A stretch of DNA of 60,796 nucleotides, counting the filler, from Hausera hauseri (lineage: Eukaryota), in the NCBI GenBank assembly GCA_046269625.1. It is 11 parts of 11 records of this genome, joined end to end, with 100 filler letters (N's around TTAATTAATTAA, not from the genome) between each part and the next. Parts side by side here need not be neighbours in the genome. Positions count along the whole stretch, not along the records: positions 9,956 to 16,696 come from JBJURY010070328.1; positions 16,797 to 21,313 come from JBJURY010545342.1; positions 21,414 to 31,003 come from JBJURY010336603.1; 8 more parts are not named here. One strand, 5' to 3'. Below are positions 12,750 through 26,779 of the stretch, piece after piece (position 1 is the first letter of the stretch; each line of letters starts with the position of its first letter). The position numbers were made by a program, and so were the translations under genes. The notes beneath the pieces were generated by a model. It saw only the letters and a program-made list of their open reading frames with translations, was not told the DNA's origin and ran no database searches.

Positions 12750-15700
12750 ACATGCCGATTGCGTCAGCAAACGTGACGCCATCATGTACTCGTCTTACAA
12801 AGTCCATTCGACGTCCAGACTCATTCGTTTTCTACGAACCTGTTCGTAACTCGTATTTGTTCGAATTTCTGCCGCCCGGTTACACGTACGATCAGCATGG
12901 TATTCCAGCTCGTCAGCCTTGGCTCCACACACGCGGCATGTTGCCTTGCCATTTTCCTGTGTCGAGATCTCCAGACGGATGCGACAATATTTATGACGAC
13001 ATTCTTTATTATCTGCTTTCACATACAATTCTTGTCCTGTATCGATCTCAGTCGGGAATTTGTTCCTCCTTTCGAAATGTCTCGTATTGCTTCTTAATTA
13101 GATCCGTAAAACCAATCTTTCATTCCTTTTTGATCGACAAATCGAGGCTAAATATTTTCCTAGTTTCGGGTTATCCCAAATACATACTTGTCTTGTTTCT
13201 GCTGTTCACTACAATGTTCCGTCATGACCAACATTTTCGGGGTCCGGATATGGAATATTGGGCAGACGGTTCCGATATCTCTATTTCCTTGCGACTATCC
13301 TTCATATTTACCTTTTGGGAAATTTTACTAAATACGCCTTTTTTATTCCTACTATGCGAGTTTCCATTTCCTTTTTTCGTCTCGGCGAGCTGTCCTTTCC
13401 CTTTACTGCCCACAGCCTCTAACATTAATTTGAAACATCCTTCTGGAATAGTAGATAAGGGCGCATTCTTATCCAGTAGGGATTTCGCCATCTGCTGCGT
13501 GACGATCGGATGCGTTTCAATTTGTCGTATTCCTCGGTATTCCTCTAATGCCCATCCATGATGCTATTAACCCCATGTCCGGTAAGGATAAATGCATACA
13601 AGCAGTGATGGATTTCTGCTCGGGCGTATTTAACGTCCTTCCGAATTCCCGCAACAGCGGTATAAATCTCAGTTCCATCCATTTGTCGCATGGAAATCCT
13701 AACGTCCTGTGGATTTGTAACCTGTACCATTCGATAGAGCTCGATAAAGCGGAACGTTTTTCATTTGCCAACGGAAATTATTCGGAAACTCGAGACTTGA
13801 AAAAATACACAATTATTGAAATGTTGCACGAAATTCGAATAGATTTGTTCCGGTGGCAATTATTGGTTTTCAAATCGTCAAATGGGAATTAGGAGGGATA
13901 AAATGTACGAGAAATTAATCGGTAACAAATTGTCTGCAGTTCGTGCTTGACAATTGTACCTGATAAGAAGAAAATGAATCAAATCAATAATCGAGCCGAA
14001 ATGCTTGTTCAACAGTAATTACTCAAATGGACAATGGAAATTTCAGCTGCTGGCTACTGTGTACTTTTATCTAAAATGCAACGTGCCAAATTGTTGTTGT
14101 CCTATTAAATCTCAGCATTCGAATCATCTAACCGAAATTGAACTTCAGCGCCGGCCTGACGTGACAAAATACTCAATCAAATTAATTCAGCCACGCGCGC
14201 GCACTAATCGAACTATTTCACAACACATGCAAAGTAACATGCTGAAATATCAAAATTATTTTGCTTCTTTGCTCTGACTTGACCTTGCATGTATTTAAAG
14301 TAATGTTCAGCTTTGAAGAAAGATTCGCTTTAACGGCGCCTGAATTATGCGGCAACAGTTTCACGACACACACACGCACACACACACGTACAGTACGTTA
14401 TCAATTTCACCACAATCATCAACTCAAATTTCACCCCCCCACACACACACATCAGTCACCATTTATTCACTTTACCAATCGAATATTCGATTGATAAAAA
14501 GCGCAGCATTTGTCAAATGTCAAATAAACGAAAATCCAGTCAAATTGAAAATTCGTCATTTTGTATCGGTCAAAAAATAGACTACTGCAATTGTAAAATG
14601 AATTTATGGATGATTATTGTCACAATTGGTGCCATGGCGATTGGGCAAGCAGTTTACGAGGTCAAAACCTCCCAAAAGTTGAGTAAAATTGCGAATCGTG
14701 TATACAACAAGTGCCGTAAAACAGAATTTACATGGGGGGGGCGGGGGGGAAAGGAAACAAGGCAATTAGAAAATCATTTAGCAATTGGGAACAGTCATTT
14801 ATTCAGTGGGACGGATGTGACAGCATATGTATCGGTACATAAGAAAATATGCGATTGTTAATTAAACGAATTCATCAATGCTATGAATTGAATATTGAAA
14901 CCGAATATTTCAAATGGTTTGTTCACAATCCAAACATGTCCATAAAATGCATCTAAAACAAAAAACAACGCGTCATTCATCAAGAATTTCTCTATGATTC
15001 TTGCTCGTTGTCCATGTTCCATTTCTCCGCATCTATAGCCTGTGATACTGTGAACAGTGGTGTGCAATTTCATTCAGTATTTCAGTCCATCATCTACCGG
15101 AATCCTACCTTTCATGCGAATACAAAACAGTCTCTAATCGTTCGAAACTGCCTTTCAATTAACCCATTTCCACTGTGATTGTGACGACTGCAATAGTTGG
15201 CCAGTTTTTTCATCATTCGTCCATCGACAGAACGTTCAAATAAGCGGTCCAGATGTATGACTTTTGTATGAAATATTTGGGATTTGCCTTCAAATGCTGG
15301 ATATAACGGACTACAAATAATGATTCTATATTCTTCTCGCTGTGTGCTTCCCGTTGTTGACAGTTAGTATAACTTTGAATAACAGTTCAATCGATCCATG
15401 ACAAATGTGTTGCGAATCTATTTCATTACTTTCCGAACTACAACATGACACAAGTCCCTGTGAATGTTTTGCATAAAGTTTTGACCGTTCACTTGCGCAT
15501 CGTGATAGTGCATCCAGGACAGAAATTGGGATATTGTTCGTTTCTTGGTAGTCAAATCAGAAAATGCCAAAACTGGTATCGTAGTCAATGCTCATTTTAA
15601 AGATTCGAAGGATATCTTCCGAATTGTCTAACACACGATGGTTTTGCAAAGCTCGGTATGGCGTCTGTTCTACTTGGATCTGACCATATTCAATCACTGC

Positions 15701-16696
15701 AAGATTAATACGTAAATCTGCCAAATGGCATTCTTGTGAAACAATATTTGCCGGTCTTTGTTGAGAATGCCGTTTTCCGCTGCGAATCTTCAAATAACGT
15801 TACTTGGTAATAGGTGTTCAATAGTTCTGAGTCATTAGGAGAATGGGACAGCTTGGTCCATTCATGTTACACGTGGAACGTCGGACGTACGAACAATCTG
15901 ATCTCGAATGGCATATTCTGGTGCCCTCATCAGAACATGTCTAACATTTACGTTGCAAAATCCTGCTTTTATTCCTTATTGCTGCAATTTCATTGGATCC
16001 TATCTCACTTGTGGCGCAGTTTTCTCAAATCATACTTCGGCATATTCGACATCCATTCTTGTAATGGAAGTAATTCCATGAAATGTGCGATCGGTGACGT
16101 AGGTTTAGAAAATGTTTTCTGAGCCGCACACCTCAAATGTCGTAATTTTTCAAATACCTTTTAATACGTTGATGCGGCATATTGGACTAGAAATGCAACG
16201 ACATATGTATGCATCGTGTTTCTTCAGAGTGCTTGAAACGGTAAAAAGCCGACGATAATCTGTATCTGGAATCCGTCGTAGGCTTCTGGAATTGCGTTTG
16301 TGAATATATTCGGCTTGGTTGCCATGTAAATCTCAAAAGACGACTTAATATTTAGTAGAGGATAGCCACTGCCTGGATTCCATGAGGCATGCTCTATTAA
16401 CAAGATGTAGGAGAAGGCCAATTGTTCGTGAACTATTGGCTGACAAGCTTACTTGAGCCTTGTTGGAAAACTGATGCATGAAGCCTTTTCAGAGAGGTTC
16501 AATGTACCGCTCAGCATTCATTTTCTCCTTATTCAATTATGGGACAAGATCACCGGAACCTGAAACACTGATATCACCCCAGCACATCACCGAACGTGGA
16601 TGTTTTACAGTTGTAACTGCGTATTTTCCATTATACCGCTGCTCGGGTGACCGACAATCATAAGTGGATTCCGGGATGGACAACGGGCTGGCATAT
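12750..16696 (-). mobile_element. Possible highly decayed non-LTR retrotransposon (RT and C-terminal Zn remnant)
   Basis: CRVCGAKADELEYHADRTC resembles the zf-RVT CCHC motif. FFVLDAFYGHVW...FGFNIQFIALM resembles the LINE RT AFD.V...GF...FI motif. No YADD recovered. Confidence 0.3.
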
Positions 16697-16796
16697 NNNN
16701 NNNNNNNNNNNNNNNNNNNNNNNNNNNNNNNNNNNNNNNNTTAATTAATTAANNNNNNNNNNNNNNNNNNNNNNNNNNNNNNNNNNNNNNNNNNNN

Positions 16797-19016
16797 AATT
16801 TTTATCATTTCCGTCAAGAGAGGAATATCTATCGGGTCTACACCCAATATTTCTAATTCATTTCCATCTCCTTCGTAAACTGGTTTTTCTCTAATTCGAA
16901 TAATCATTCAGATCTAATTTCGACCATTGCGCGTTCTAAATTACATCTTAATCTTTTCAGTTTTCGATTTGAATTTAGTATGGCTAACAATTTCAGAGCT
17001 TTAACCACTTTTACATAGTGCTGTTTTCTTTTTTCTCCATCTTTCTGAAAATTCGACTGCACTTTTTATCCATGATTCCAATTCATGTTTCCACCTTGAT
17101 AACACTTCTGCAGGTACTTCAGGTTAATCTAGGTCTTAACCGAATTCGGGTGTATTTAAGCCAAGTTCTGCTAACTAAGTTCTAAGTCGCTTCCTGCAGC
17201 GATCTCTAATTTCTCTCTAATCATTGGAGATCGTGAACGATTTCCGCATTTCTGTTTAATTGAAGGACTTCGTCCTCTATTTTTCGTTATTTTGAATATC
17301 AGTGGTTCCATAAAACCCTTTTCATCCGTGTCAATTCCTGTAGTTTTAATCACCTTTTCGACAGTATATCCAGGCTCTGCATGTAGGTCAACTTCTGCTG
17401 AAGTTCCGTTCTATCTGTCTCACTCATTGTTAGAACATTTATATCCATTCGTTTTGGCGCTATCGCATATCCATATTCCGTTTGCGGCTCTCTTATCCCA
17501 TGGTACATTTCCACTAATCGTAATTTATTTTCATATTCATTTTGAGCCTTTAAAACGTGTTGATTATTTTCGCTCCTTGACTTTTTATATATCTTCGTAG
17601 ATCTTTCATCTAGATGACCATAGTTGTATCACTCCGAGTACCATAAATTGCTTCTGAATTCTCGTTAGTCTCGATCATACTAGTTTTATTGGGTTCAGAT
17701 AACGCACCGTTGCGTGAATTAGAACATGACCTTGCAACGTGTCCTTCCTTACCGCATGTACAGCAAATTAAATTACCATTTCTGTCGATTGTTTGTCGAC
17801 CATCTTCATTTACGGGTGATTTTGCTTCACACATATTTCTATTATTTTTATTTGACGAATATTGTCTACTATTTCCATTTTATCTACTATTGCTATTTCG
17901 GTTATCATTATACCGATATCCGTTAGTTCCGTCATTAAAGCTCTTATAGCTATCCTGATTTCTGTCTGTAGAACCATTTGACTTATCAGTTGTGTTAGTA
18001 GATCGCGTCTCTACTATCCCGGCCTGAACATCACTCGATAATTGTAAGATAGAATTATCCATACGAAATTTCTTATAAAAGTTTATATAACAGTTTTCTC
18101 CCTTCACACCGGAAATGAAGCTTATTTTCCTTTTTTCTGAATGTCCTGATTTTCTGCTGGCTATTTACTGAATTATCTTTGAATTAAATTTAAAAATTAA
18201 TATCCGTCCCAATTCCTCCTCACAAGTTAAACTATTCGTATTTCGGTCATTGCCGTAGTTTCTATTGCTATTTCTATTATTTATGTAGTCATTATTAAAT
18301 CTCTGATTTCTATTTTCATAGTTTCTATTACTGTTACCTCGTCTGTTGTCTTTACCACAATTGTCATTCCGGATCCTATCACCAAGATCGTTTCGATCGT
18401 TATTTCTATAATTTCTATCGCTTTGTCTAGCATATCTATCAAGTGCCATTTCTAAGTCTTGGGCTAGATGTAATGTATTCTCAAAATTTTCTGGTCGAGC
18501 TAAAATTAACTCTTTCACTATATCTCTAGACCAAATACCGTTTATCAAGTTCGTTGTCATTATGACTTCCAAATCTAGAGACTTGCCTTCTCTTCGACGT
18601 CGCGTTCTGCATCCGATTTGGCTTTAGCCACATTTACAACTCTTTACGTACTTACATAATTATTCGCAAGTTTCTTCAATACAAAAGCAGACTGGGTTAC
18701 CGATTCACCCCTTTGTTGCATTCTATTTTGAAATGTCATCAATTTTTGCTGAAGTGTTACTGTCCGCAATAATTTACGATTTAAGACTCGTACTAAAAAG
18801 GACCACAATTTCTTTTCATCATTAGTGAGTTTTCCCAGGCATAAAGTCAGACATCTAATCATCAGCTTAGGAGTAAGACGGGCATCTTCTGCATGCAGCT
18901 TATAAGTTCTCAGGAATCCATTCAATCCGTCCGGGTCACCATCGTACGCCGGCAAGTTATGAGTCAAAGGTAAAGATGTCTAACTTCTGTGCCACTGCTT
19001 GATTATCTGCTGCCAT
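16797..19016 (-). pseudogene. gag: Second copy of gag + extension (paralog of the 1179-3400 region)
   Basis: MAADNQAVAQKLDIFTF, LPAYDGDPDGL, QQRGESVTQ, GIWSRD..K.LILARP.NFE, intact CCTCGKEGHVARSC knuckle. Confidence 0.85.
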
Positions 19017-19397
19017 ATTATTATTTACGTTATTTAACTTATTTACGTTACAATGTTTGTTACTTGGCATTTTGGAACTTTAACAATTTTTAATTCTATA
19101 TTATTTAGATTAGCTTCGGATAAAGAATGTTTATCAATTATCATATTTTCACTGTATAACATTTCTTTTTTCTCGTTGATTCAATTTTTTTTTGCCGTTA
19201 ACGATTTTTTTAAGCTCTCGTAAGATATGTATTTATCAATATTCGTTCTGTTAAAAATTACTTTTGTTTATAGGTTTTCCTATATTCCGAATTTTAAAGC
19301 ATTCCAACTGTGTTTCAATTGCTCCGTGTAAATGGCACTGATCGCCGGTACGTGGTAAATTAACTCTGAGAAGTAAAGTCTAGCGAGGCACAAACTG

Positions 19398-19414
19398 TCC
19401 TGCTAGGGTCGTCA
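19398..19414 (-). promoter_or_regulatory. Primer-binding site of second gag copy; putative LTR begins at 19417 and runs rightwards
   Basis: Reverse complement TGACGACCCTAGCAGGA after TATAACA-TT; downstream leader resembles 860-925. Confidence 0.7.
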
Positions 19415-20039
19415 AATGTTATAGTTAGGATAAGCCCTAAGCAACTCCCACTATAAGTATTAATTCGTTAAAGTTTAGTTTTGCAAGTTAGGTTTTACCG
19501 TTTTCAGTAAAACATTTTTGTGCCTTATAGAATTTAAAATCAAGTTGAGTATGTGCGAGTTCTGTTTGCGATCCTTTGCAATCAGATTAAATAGATCTCG
19601 TCTTAACTGTGGTGTTTATCAATTTCAAGGCACCTTTATCAGACGACGGAAAACTATATACAGAAGTTAGATAATGTAGTAATAAAATATATTTTAATAT
19701 ATCATAAAAGTTGTCGACCACTTCAATTATATTGAACTCAGTAACGACTCTGTATCTTGAATTGAGAATATTCTATGTCTAACGACGGACGGAATTCGTC
19801 TCGGCACTACGCGAACATTTCAATAAACCTTGGTTTTGAAACATCGAATTTTTCTTGTTTTCTCGAATCGGCGTTCGCAGTTAAAAACAACTTAATGCAT
19901 CTAACATTAATGCAGCTTTTTATATATCCGATTCGTTTTTGACCATTCTGCCGAATATGTGAAATTTTCTAATTACTGTTCATTATTTTGACATTTCTGA
20001 TATTTTAATTAGCATTTCCATGTTATCTAGACATCGTTT

Positions 20040-21313
20040 ATTTTTCTGGATTCATTGCCTTTTATCATCAAACGGATCCAATGCTTTCTTTTTTGATCCT
20101 ATTGTCAAAAGCTGATGATTTATGGTCCCAATTCACTCCAGATCAACTATAGTCGCACAACCTGTTTCGTATGCTTGTAAGTAGTTGTCGAACAGTAGAT
20201 CTTTCGTTTCAGGTCTGTCTGCATTTGAGGACTTACTTGCTTTTGGTTTTAAGTGCATATGATTTCGGCCGTAGGAAAATCGCCTCTTGATACAGAACAC
20301 TGCCCTTACTCTCGTTTTTAAATTTCCCAATTATGGCTGTAAACGAGTCAAGTACAGCGGATCACTCTTGTCATAGTTCGACGTATCTAACTCTTCGTTT
20401 GCCATCATTGCCGGTAATTGTTGTGTTCGTAAGTTAACATCACAACATTCAAGGAAGAAGCTATCTGTGTCACCAGCAACAATATTTAGCTCACAAATAA
20501 AACTGGTGCCTATAAGTCTCCAATTCGATGTAATTCAGCTCATACATTCTTAAATTGGACAGATCAAGTACGGCCTTACCGATGTATAAGAGCCTATATA
20601 AGGTGGCCATATCTTTATCGAGGAGAAAGGAAACTATATCATCGGCTATAATAATGCTGTCCTTAAGCTGTGCCTTGCTTGTGTAAATAACAAGCTTTGT
20701 AGCATTATTACACTATCTTAAATTTGACCTTTTCAGAAGATTTTAAACTGTTTTGCCGTATAAGCTATTGTTCTTAAGCTTTAAAAAGTCTTTCGCAAAA
20801 AGATTATTTGCCGCAGCCCTCTTTGCACTGTTTAGACCGATATAATCCTTAAAGACATAACCATGGTCAAACTCAACAGCCCGACGTACCTTTTCAACTC
20901 TACCGCCTAACTCGATGTACAACTGTGATAGCCGATAGTGAACAATATAGTTGGACTTACGCTCATGTGTAATCAAAAATTTCTTAACTTTCCAGCCAGG
21001 AGGACATTTATTAACTGGAGCTAGAAGCAATTGGTCCAACTTGTGTTTTTCAGCCGGAATGCTTAAATCAACCTCAAACACTAAGCCTCGTTTTCCCTAA
21101 AAGTGTCAATAAAGGAAATTGCTTAATCAGACTATTTAATTTATCTTTATCATAAATCCAAGTCAAATTCGCAAATGGCAAAGGTTGAGGTAAAGCTAAG
21201 CCTTATCAATTATTTACATATATATACAAGAGACTGGTGCTTTCATCAGCGGTAACCCTATGCTTAATTACAAAAGTCATAACACCCGGAATACCTGATT
21301 GGAAGAAACTATA
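20040..21313 (-). pseudogene. Protein-primed PolB remnant (polymerase domain)
   Basis: FAKDFLKLKNNSLYGKTV (motif B), IYIGKAVLDLS, AGDTDSFF (motif C), LDTSNY, FDDK; similar to the PolB at 31450-34652. Confidence 0.85.
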
Positions 21314-21414
21314 NNNNNNNNNNNNNNNNNNNNNNNNNNNNNNNNNNNNNNNNNNNNTTAATTAATTAANNNNNNNNNNNNNNNNNNNNNNNNNNNNNNN
21401 NNNNNNNNNNNNNA

Positions 21415-23777
21415 AAACGACCAGTCGGAAGACCAAGAAAAATAAAAGAAGTAGACTATAACGCAGATCTGATTAGGGAACTGAGACAACTATGAGTACC
21501 CACTCCAAGTTCAGATAACGAAGAATTGATAGAACTAATGAGAGATTTAATTAGGATAGTTAATTATACGGGACTACAAGGTGACATACTATCCGAGAAA
21601 GAAAGACTAATATATAATATAGCACGGACCATAAAAACTTCGCGATTTAAATTATCTAAAAGCACCCTCTCTGACGAAACAGTGATCAACAGAATTATGA
21701 CAGATAATACGACGGAAGAATTAAGGAAAGTCTTCATATATTTGGCAGTAAAAACTAATCCTCTCCGAAAAAATGAAATTGAAAGATCAATCGGGTTAGC
21801 TAAGAAAGCTGTGAGAAGGGTGCCTAAAGAAATAAAATGGGCCAAACTGTTTGAAAAAGAGTACAATGTGAAAAGGACTAATAACTTAGAAGACATGGTG
21901 CGGAACATCTCCTCACGTAAGGGGAACGAATCTAATTGGTTAGTCAATCTATTAACAATAATGATGCTAGTAAAACAAATAGGAGCAGTCACTATATACG
22001 ACTGCAATAAATTCAAGATGGGTCAGAGATATTCTCTAATGGATCTGGAGGCGTGCGAAGATGCCCGACCACACAAATTAGAAACCAGGGAGAAGAATTA
22101 CTTCTTATATCAACAACAAGAGCTGATATCATTAGACAGAATGGAATGCATGTTGCGACGATCTCGCAGAATCTTCCACTATGGGTTAATACACGGACAT
22201 TCTTCAATAATCAAACCGACAACTCCTCCAGTTCCCATGAACTTGGAACGACAGCACTGCAAACAAGCTAAAGAGACTGGAAGAGTACAATGGGACAATA
22301 TGGAATTAGAAATGCAAGCTGGTAAAATAATTAGAGCATACAAAGTGGTAGCCGGAAGGTTAGACATGCATACTGGACACTGTAGTGGAGCTGAATATGA
22401 TACTGGCAAAGGATTAGAACCAAATGTAGTAGTTGTGGATTTCTACGAATCAGAAATGAGAACACAGAAAGTAATGTTTCATAGCGTCACCAAGTTATAT
22501 ACGGAGAATCAGAAATGCCATTTACAAGATGGAACCTGTGCTTCTAGGAGCTCGGTTATAATATGGGAACCTCCCTCAGGAAGAAGCTGTAATTTTAAAA
22601 TTAAAGAACTTAAGTTTAATGAGACCACTGGAAAACGATACGTGGATAAACTGGATACCAACTCAAGGAAGCGTGAGGATGTATTGGAACATCTTACGCC
22701 CACCATATTAATCGCCGATCAACATGGACTAAAATTTATCAAGAATGAAATGATGTCACGTTGTTATGTTGTGATGTTTGCTACTAACTATGAAGCGTTC
22801 TTCGTAGCCGAGACTGAGATAAATGCGAGGACTTATAAGCTGGAAACACAAGATATCCGGATTGAGGACTATTTGGAAAATATAGACGATTATTCCTATT
22901 ACAAAGGACAAACTGTAATAACTGAGTTATACCACAAAATGATAACGAATGACTGTAAACTGGATTCTGAGATCATGAGGACAAAACGGGCTCTTACATA
23001 TGCCAATCCAGAACTGGCTTCTCCAATAATTCCCATGAAAGAAGGAATTTTCGGCCGAGTTATAGGCGAAGTACTATTAACTTATGAATGCGAAAAGAGA
23101 GATGTACCTATCAATGTGGAAGAGAAACGATGCATCCAGGAACTCCCAGTTATTTATCAGAACGTTCCTAGCTTATCTACACTATTAACGAGAGTATTAT
23201 TGGATAATGCAACCCAATTTACTGTCCTTAAAGATTGTAAAGCGAGCTTAGGAGAACCCAGGTTTAGACGTAGTGAGACAGACTGGGTCAGTTTACCGAA
23301 TGGAGGTATTACTGCCACCCCGAACAAATTAACAGGGACAAATCTTGCAAAAGAAATTACGGACGATAAATTTCAGGACACTTCATCGAAAGGCATATAT
23401 AGGCCTAAGGAGATTGAAGCCTTCAGACAGTTTCTCGCCTTTTCATAACAACGAACACATGAATTAAACCGAGCCATGGCCTCCGTAGTAGATGATACCC
23501 GATATCAAGCTAAGTGGGAATTTCTCCTTGGTGCTAATTACTACCAAAGAGTGACTTCAGAAATGTTGTACAAGATTTGGGAAGATTTTTAATTTTCGGT
23601 CAAGCTGCATCTGGATTCTTAGCCATCTACTTCTTAGTACAGTTAATTAAAGCAGTAATCCAGGCTATTATAAACGGATACGAAATATTCACATTGACAG
23701 GATTCTCCTGTAAGATTCTAATTGCAATTATCACACCTTTCGGAAAAATGCTCAAAGCTTACGAAGAAAACCGATGA
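21415..23777 (+). pseudogene. env: AT-hook + helical region + chuvirus/Monjiviricetes-like envelope fusion glycoprotein
   Basis: KRPVGRPRK in frame upstream of ORF 21526; hydrophobic LLTIMMLVKQIGA then IYDC...YSL.DL..C; GRVIGEVLLTYEC, CIQELPVIY, GIY, and TM FGQAASGFLAIYF. Stops at 21493 and 23446, frameshift near 23570. Confidence 0.8.
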
Positions 23778-24419
23778 AAAAACTATGTAGAACGCCATTT
23801 CGGATACTATAATCGCAAACGACGAGGAAAACCGTCAAATCTTTATGGACGTAAAAATAAAAGAATGGTAACACGAAAAAATGATTCGGATGATGACGAG
23901 TTCAAGGGAGGAGAAGGGAATTCTAGAGTAATGCTACACAGGACTTACGTACCGATACCTATCATCCCACCAACTGAGCCAATACAGGAAGATTGCTATC
24001 AGAAATCAGTCATATTCTATAGATCTGATATCTACCGAAAACCCATGGACCATGAAGACCCTTATGGGAAAACAAAACAATATGGGGTATTACGGAAAAT
24101 GAACGTTATCAACATGGTACCAACAGAAAACGACCACGGAATATTATACTCAAAAAGTATACCTCGTCACATAGAATCGAAATCAACGATTTAGGAGAAC
24201 CCGAGGTGATGCTCAATCTCAGGTCCCTTACCTCAAGAACCGCTCATTGACGACCGCGTCACGGAAATAACAAATAACGATTTGTACCCGAATGGAAAAT
24301 TAAGACAATTAAGGCAGGATATCATTTTATCACCAAAAATAACGATAATTGGACACTGAGTCTCCACTATCAAACGGCCAAAGATAGGTTCGAATTTCTA
24401 TGGAACAGTAGCGGAAGGG

Positions 24420-24720
24420 AGACCTTTCGCTAAAATACACATCGAAGATTGGGAAGTGTACGCACTAATCGACACAGGATCAGAAAAATCGTTTATAAAA
24501 TATGAATCGATACCAACCACATTGCGAGATCAGTTATGTCCACCCGCATCATTGGATCCCGGCAGCGTAGGAGCATTCGGACAGGTATCAAAGCCGAAAT
24601 TTAAGTGGACCCCTACAGTTTATATGATGGGCCAAGCAATTCCACATGAATTTGCAGTAACGGACTAATTAACAGATGACGTAGTACTGGGTTGTGACGT
24701 ATTAAAACAGATACCAGGTA
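24420..24720 (+). pseudogene. Retropepsin aspartic protease
   Basis: ALIDTGSEKSFI ... VVLGCDVL; one internal stop. Confidence 0.88.
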
Positions 24721-25139
24721 TGGCAATCGATGTGCATAATGGAAAATTAATTGAGCTCGAACCAATAAAAGGAACCATAGTAATAAAGGAATGGAAATCA
24801 GGCGAAGTATGGATTCCAGTAGATGAGGACATTCCGCCTAGAACTGAAATAATAATTTTTGCGCAGATTCGTCAAGATGAAGATCTACTGGTATATTTCA
24901 AACTGCAAGAGAATATCGATCCAAATATCATGCTTAGTAATATTCTATGTAGAGTAGTGACGGGACTAATACCCATCAGATTAGTGAACTGTGCACCAAC
25001 TCCCGTACGATTGCACTGTAACACTACTCTAGGTCACACTTGTAGGGTATCGGCGATAACAATTGAAGAAAAACCATACAAGTGCGCTGAATTTTCACCT
25101 CATGTTGAAACCAAATTCTCTTCCAAAGTGTATTGCAAA

Positions 25140-26530
25140 TTCTACGAATTATTATGTAAGTATAGCTCAATAATTGCACAAAATGAGGAAGATATAGGCA
25201 GAGCAAAAGTCCTGAGATTAACGATTCCATTAAGGAAGAAACCCGGCTCAAATGACAAAATCGATCTAGAGAAACAGAAAATGCCCAAGTGGTACCCGCC
25301 TCCTCATTCATTGAGACTAGAGATAACTAAAGAAGTAGAGCGAATGTTAAAGGCCGACATAATTCAACCAAGCTACGGATCATGGTGGTCGTCCATACGT
25401 ATGGTTAAGAAGAAAGGAACTACAAAACATAGGTTTTGTATAGACTATCGGGCGCTGAACACGCTGATGATGAAATACTCGTTTTCCCTACCATCAGTAA
25501 ACTAAGCTTTAGATAGACTATCAGGAGCAAAATGGTTTACCACTCTCGACTTACAGTCAAGATACTGGCAAGTGCAAATCGAAGAAGATCGATATAAGAC
25601 AGCGTTCAAAACACACGATGGTGTATACGAATTTAATGTTATGCCCTTCGGCATCACCACAGGACCAGCTATCTTTACTAGAATGATGAATAAGATGCTC
25701 ATGGGACTTGATCATGCTTTCGCGTACTTAGACGACGTGATGATAGCATCAAAAACAGAAGAAGAACATTTAAAGGACATTGAAGACACGCTTATGCGAT
25801 TAGAACAAGCCGGATTAAAACTAAATCCGAAGAAATGTAAATGGGCACAGAATGCAGTATCGTACCTCGGACATAGTTGGAGAAGGAGGATCGAAACCAG
25901 ACAAATCTCTACTAAATAAGATATCCGATTGCATGGAGCCGCAGAACCAAAAAGAACTAAGACATTGGTTAGGCCTGTGTGGGTATTATGCCACTTACGT
26001 ACCAGACAACTCAAAAATTAATGCACCATTATATCGCTTACTCAAAAAAGGAACTAAGTGGAGATGGACAGAAGTGGAACAAAAAGCATTCGATGAAATG
26101 AAGAAAGTTCTGATAAGCGAACCAGTTTTAAGATACCCAGACTTTATCCTACCATTCATCATTAAAACAGATGCGAGCAAAGAAGGCATAGGATACAAAT
26201 CAGCTCAAAAACGCAAAGACGCAGAATTAGAACATCCAATAGCTTATGGTGGACGATCATTGAAGAAAGCGGAAAAAATTATTCAATCAGCGAATTGGAA
26301 ACATTGGCAGTTAAAGAAGCATTACGACACTTTAATGTCTATGTATATGGACAAAGGATTATCATAGTGACTGGTCACAAAGCAGTTACTACATTAAAAG
26401 GACGAGCTAATAATCCAACATGTAGATTAAATCGTTGGATCGCGGAAATTTCACGATATAATATTGAGTTCCAATATAAACCAGGTATCAAACACGTTGA
26501 CGCCGACGCTTTGTCAAGATTAAAAACAAA
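25140..26530 (+). pseudogene. pol: Reverse transcriptase + RNase H
   Basis: RFCIDYRALN, LDLQSRYWQ, KTAF, MPFG, AYLDDV, TDASKEGIG, ETLAV, HVDADALSR; stops and frameshifts present. Confidence 0.95.
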
Positions 26531-26779
26531 AACAAATGCAATAACCACATTGAAGAAACCACAACTCGAACAGTTGATCGAACGACAAAGAACTCTAATA
26601 TTGGACAAGACGATTAGAATTACAGCTAAGCAGGCTAAAGATACGGTTATTCAGCAAATTATCGAGTTCGTACAAAACGACAAAATACCAAAAGGATGAC
26701 AACTAAAAAAGCAACTACAGAAACATGGACATAAATATCATGCAACGAATCGAGACAATATTTTGTATTACGAGCAAAA

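Noticed and set aside
12752-13561. 269-aa plus-strand ORF
   Set aside because: No motifs; probably the antisense shadow of a decayed minus-strand element.
24830-25060. dUTPase between PR and RT (IPPRTE / IPPRSE region)
   Set aside because: Common Gypsy spacer; no dUTPase catalytic motifs present.
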